Below, one piece after another: positions 15,695 through 17,692 of a DNA stretch of 17,692 nt. The position numbers and the translations under genes were made by a program. The stretch comes from Opitutales bacterium (GTDB lineage Bacteria > Verrucomicrobiota > Verrucomicrobiia > Opitutales > JABSRG01), in contig JBMYOQ010000081.1 in NCBI GenBank assembly GCA_049599475.1, positions 1 through 17,692 on the forward strand, in the 5' to 3' direction. The notes under the pieces are model-generated. The model saw nothing but the letters and a program-made list of their open reading frames with translations, was not told the DNA's origin and did no database searches. Numbering within the stretch: position 1 is the stretch's first letter; each line of letters opens with the position of its first letter.

Positions 15695-17425
15695 ATGCAT
15701 TACCTCAAGCATCTATACCTTCTAGGCCTACTCGTAGCAGCCACGAGCCTCCACGCGGCGCAACGGCCCAATATCGTATTAATCATTACAGATGACCAGG
15801 GCTACGGAGACATCGGTGCCCACGGTAATACGATGATCGATACACCTGCACTGGATACACTTTGGGCAGAGAGTGTGCGCCTTACAGACTACCATGTAGA
15901 CCCGACATGCGCGCCTACGCGCTCAGCATTGATGACCGGCCGATTCTCTACGCGTACCGGCATTTGGCATACCATCATGGGTCGCTCGATGATGGACAGT
16001 GATGAGCTCACTCTCCCGGAAGTATTACAACAAAACGGCTATGCTACCGGTCTTTTCGGCAAATGGCACCTTGGGGATAACTACCCATTCCGCCCACAGG
16101 ATCAGGGCTTCGAGACCGTGGTATGGCACAAGGCAGGCGGCATTGGACAAGGCCCCGATTACTGGGACAATGACTACTTCGACGACACCTACTGGCGCGG
16201 TGATACACCTGAAAAATTTGAAGGTTACTGCACCGACATCTGGTTCGCGGAAGGGATGCAATTTATCAAAGAAAATAAGGATCGTCCGTTTTTCGCCTAT
16301 ATTTCGACGAACGCCCCTCACGCGCCATTCATTGTCGACCCTAAATATTCCACTCCTTATCTGGAGAAAGGGGTTAGCAATATCATGGCAAAATTCTACG
16401 GCATGATCACTAACATCGACGAAAATGTCGACCGCCTGCGCCGTTTCCTAGAACAAGAAGGCCTAAGCGAAAATACCATCTTTATCTTCACCACAGACAA
16501 CGGGACCTCTGCCGGTATCAAAAAGAAAAACCAAGACGGGAGCTGGAAGGGTTTCAATGCGGGCATGAGCAGGGGTAAAGGTTCCAATTTCGAGGGCGGA
16601 CACCGCGTTCCCTTTTTCATTCATTGGCCCGAAGGACAACTCACTGAAGGGCGCGATATCACACCGCTTACCGCTCACATCGACATTCTGCCCACCCTTT
16701 TGGAAATGGTCGATGTCGAGAAACCGGAGGGTCCACCAATCGATGGGATTTCACTAAAATCCCTCCTCTACGGAGACACATCAACCTACCCTGCAACCCG
16801 CACAATCGCCATGCATTCTCAGCGCGTCCATACTCCTCAGCGCTGGAAAACCACCGCAGTCATGTCCAACCAATGGCGGCTACTCGGCGAAAATGAACTC
16901 TACAATATCCAGAGCGATCCTGGTCAAAAAACCAACATCGCATCCAGCCATCCCGAAGTGGTCGCACGCCTCAACCAATTTTACGACCAGTGGTGGGAAG
17001 GCTTTCAGCCCGATTTCGAAGACCGCATGTATATTGTATTGGGCAGTGAAACGGCACCCGAAGTCGAACTGATGTCTCACGATTGGTTGGTGGAAAATGT
17101 AAAACAATCTCCGTGGAACCAAAGACATGTGCGGGCGGGCTTAATGTCCAATGGACCCTGGGCCGTAGAAATCGCCCGCACCGGCAAATACCAGATCGAC
17201 CTCTTCCGATGGCCCGAGCATCTCAACAAGCCCATGGAACGAACTCGCGCTAAGATCAAAATAGGAGATCAGGAATTGCAACAAACACTCGAGACCACGA
17301 GCACCCATGCATCTTTCAAAATGGAGCTTTCAAAAGGTCCTACCCTCATCCAGACCTGGCTCACTACCACCGAAGGCAAGACACACGGCGCATATTTCGC
17401 AAAGGTAAGACGCCTTGAGGACTGA
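15695..17425 (+). CDS. S1 arylsulfatase with C-terminal extension, secreted
   Basis: 576 aa. RPNIVLIITDDQGYGD, CAPTRSALMTGR, GKWHLG, NAPHAP, TTDNG and GKGSNFEGGHRVP. The signal peptide ends LHA-A. About 135 extra beta-rich residues follow the catalytic domain. Confidence 0.95.
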   Translation: MHYLKHLYLLGLLVAATSLHAAQRPNIVLIITDDQGYGDIGAHGNTMIDTPALDTLWAESVRLTDYHVDPTCAPTRSALMTGRFSTRTGIWHTIMGRSMMDSDELTLPEVLQQNGYATGLFGKWHLGDNYPFRPQDQGFETVVWHKAGGIGQGPDYWDNDYFDDTYWRGDTPEKFEGYCTDIWFAEGMQFIKENKDRPFFAYISTNAPHAPFIVDPKYSTPYLEKGVSNIMAKFYGMITNIDENVDRLRRFLEQEGLSENTIFIFTTDNGTSAGIKKKNQDGSWKGFNAGMSRGKGSNFEGGHRVPFFIHWPEGQLTEGRDITPLTAHIDILPTLLEMVDVEKPEGPPIDGISLKSLLYGDTSTYPATRTIAMHSQRVHTPQRWKTTAVMSNQWRLLGENELYNIQSDPGQKTNIASSHPEVVARLNQFYDQWWEGFQPDFEDRMYIVLGSETAPEVELMSHDWLVENVKQSPWNQRHVRAGLMSNGPWAVEIARTGKYQIDLFRWPEHLNKPMERTRAKIKIGDQELQQTLETTSTHASFKMELSKGPTLIQTWLTTTEGKTHGAYFAKVRRLED

Positions 17426-17661
17426 GCGAAATTCTTAAAATTTGTGAATTGAAATTCCCAGATAGTCTGGATCGATGCGTAGGCATCAATGAGGCCAAAA
17501 ACCTTGCATAGCCACCTACCCCAAAAGGTCGCAAAATTAAGGATAGAATAGGACCAAAACCATGGCGAAAAGGTAGGGTTGCCTTTACAGTCCTCACGCA
17601 GCCGCCTCTGTTGCTCGGATTTCGTTTAGACTATTCCCAAAAGTACATTCGTAAACCAAAG

Positions 17662-17687
17662 GTAGCGGCCGACGACCCCGGCGGCCG
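17662..17687 (+). repeat. GTAG-family REP-like element
   Basis: GTAG-CGGCCG-ACGACCCCGG-CGGCCG. It shares GGTAGCGGCCGA with the left inner arm of the 7592-7727 insertion. Confidence 0.55.
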
Positions 17688-17692
17688 AATAT

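Noticed and set aside
17364..17597. 77-aa minus-strand ORF after the last sulfatase
   Set aside because: It overlaps the sulfatase 3' end, has no motifs and lies in a REP-like intergenic region.

Overview
Bacterial sulfatase-rich carbohydrate-degradation locus. Gene content suggests a marine PVC-superphylum organism such as Verrucomicrobiota (inference only). It has two arms. The minus-strand arm encodes three Cys-type S1 sulfatases, a Tat-exported Gfo/Idh/MocA oxidoreductase and an SGNH/GDSL esterase. The plus-strand arm encodes a COG3618-type amidohydrolase/sugar lactonase, an uncharacterised secreted five-bladed beta-propeller glycoside-hydrolase-like protein and three more sulfatases. Between the arms lie a secreted ThuA-like protein, a small orphan ORF and a decayed Gfo/Idh/MocA gene fragment. 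The fragment is split, between the motif halves DAVS and ILLPTDLH, by a 136-bp fold-back element. That element has near-terminal inverted repeats, a 5-bp ATCCA direct repeat and two inward-facing GTAG-REP-like hairpins (REPIN/MITE-like). Further GTAG-REP-like units occur at 15630 and 17662. The divergent intergenic region at 9685-10000 has three CCGCARGAAWT motifs about 75 bp apart. No rRNA, tRNA, CRISPR array, transposase, transporter, regulator or sulfatase maturase is visible.
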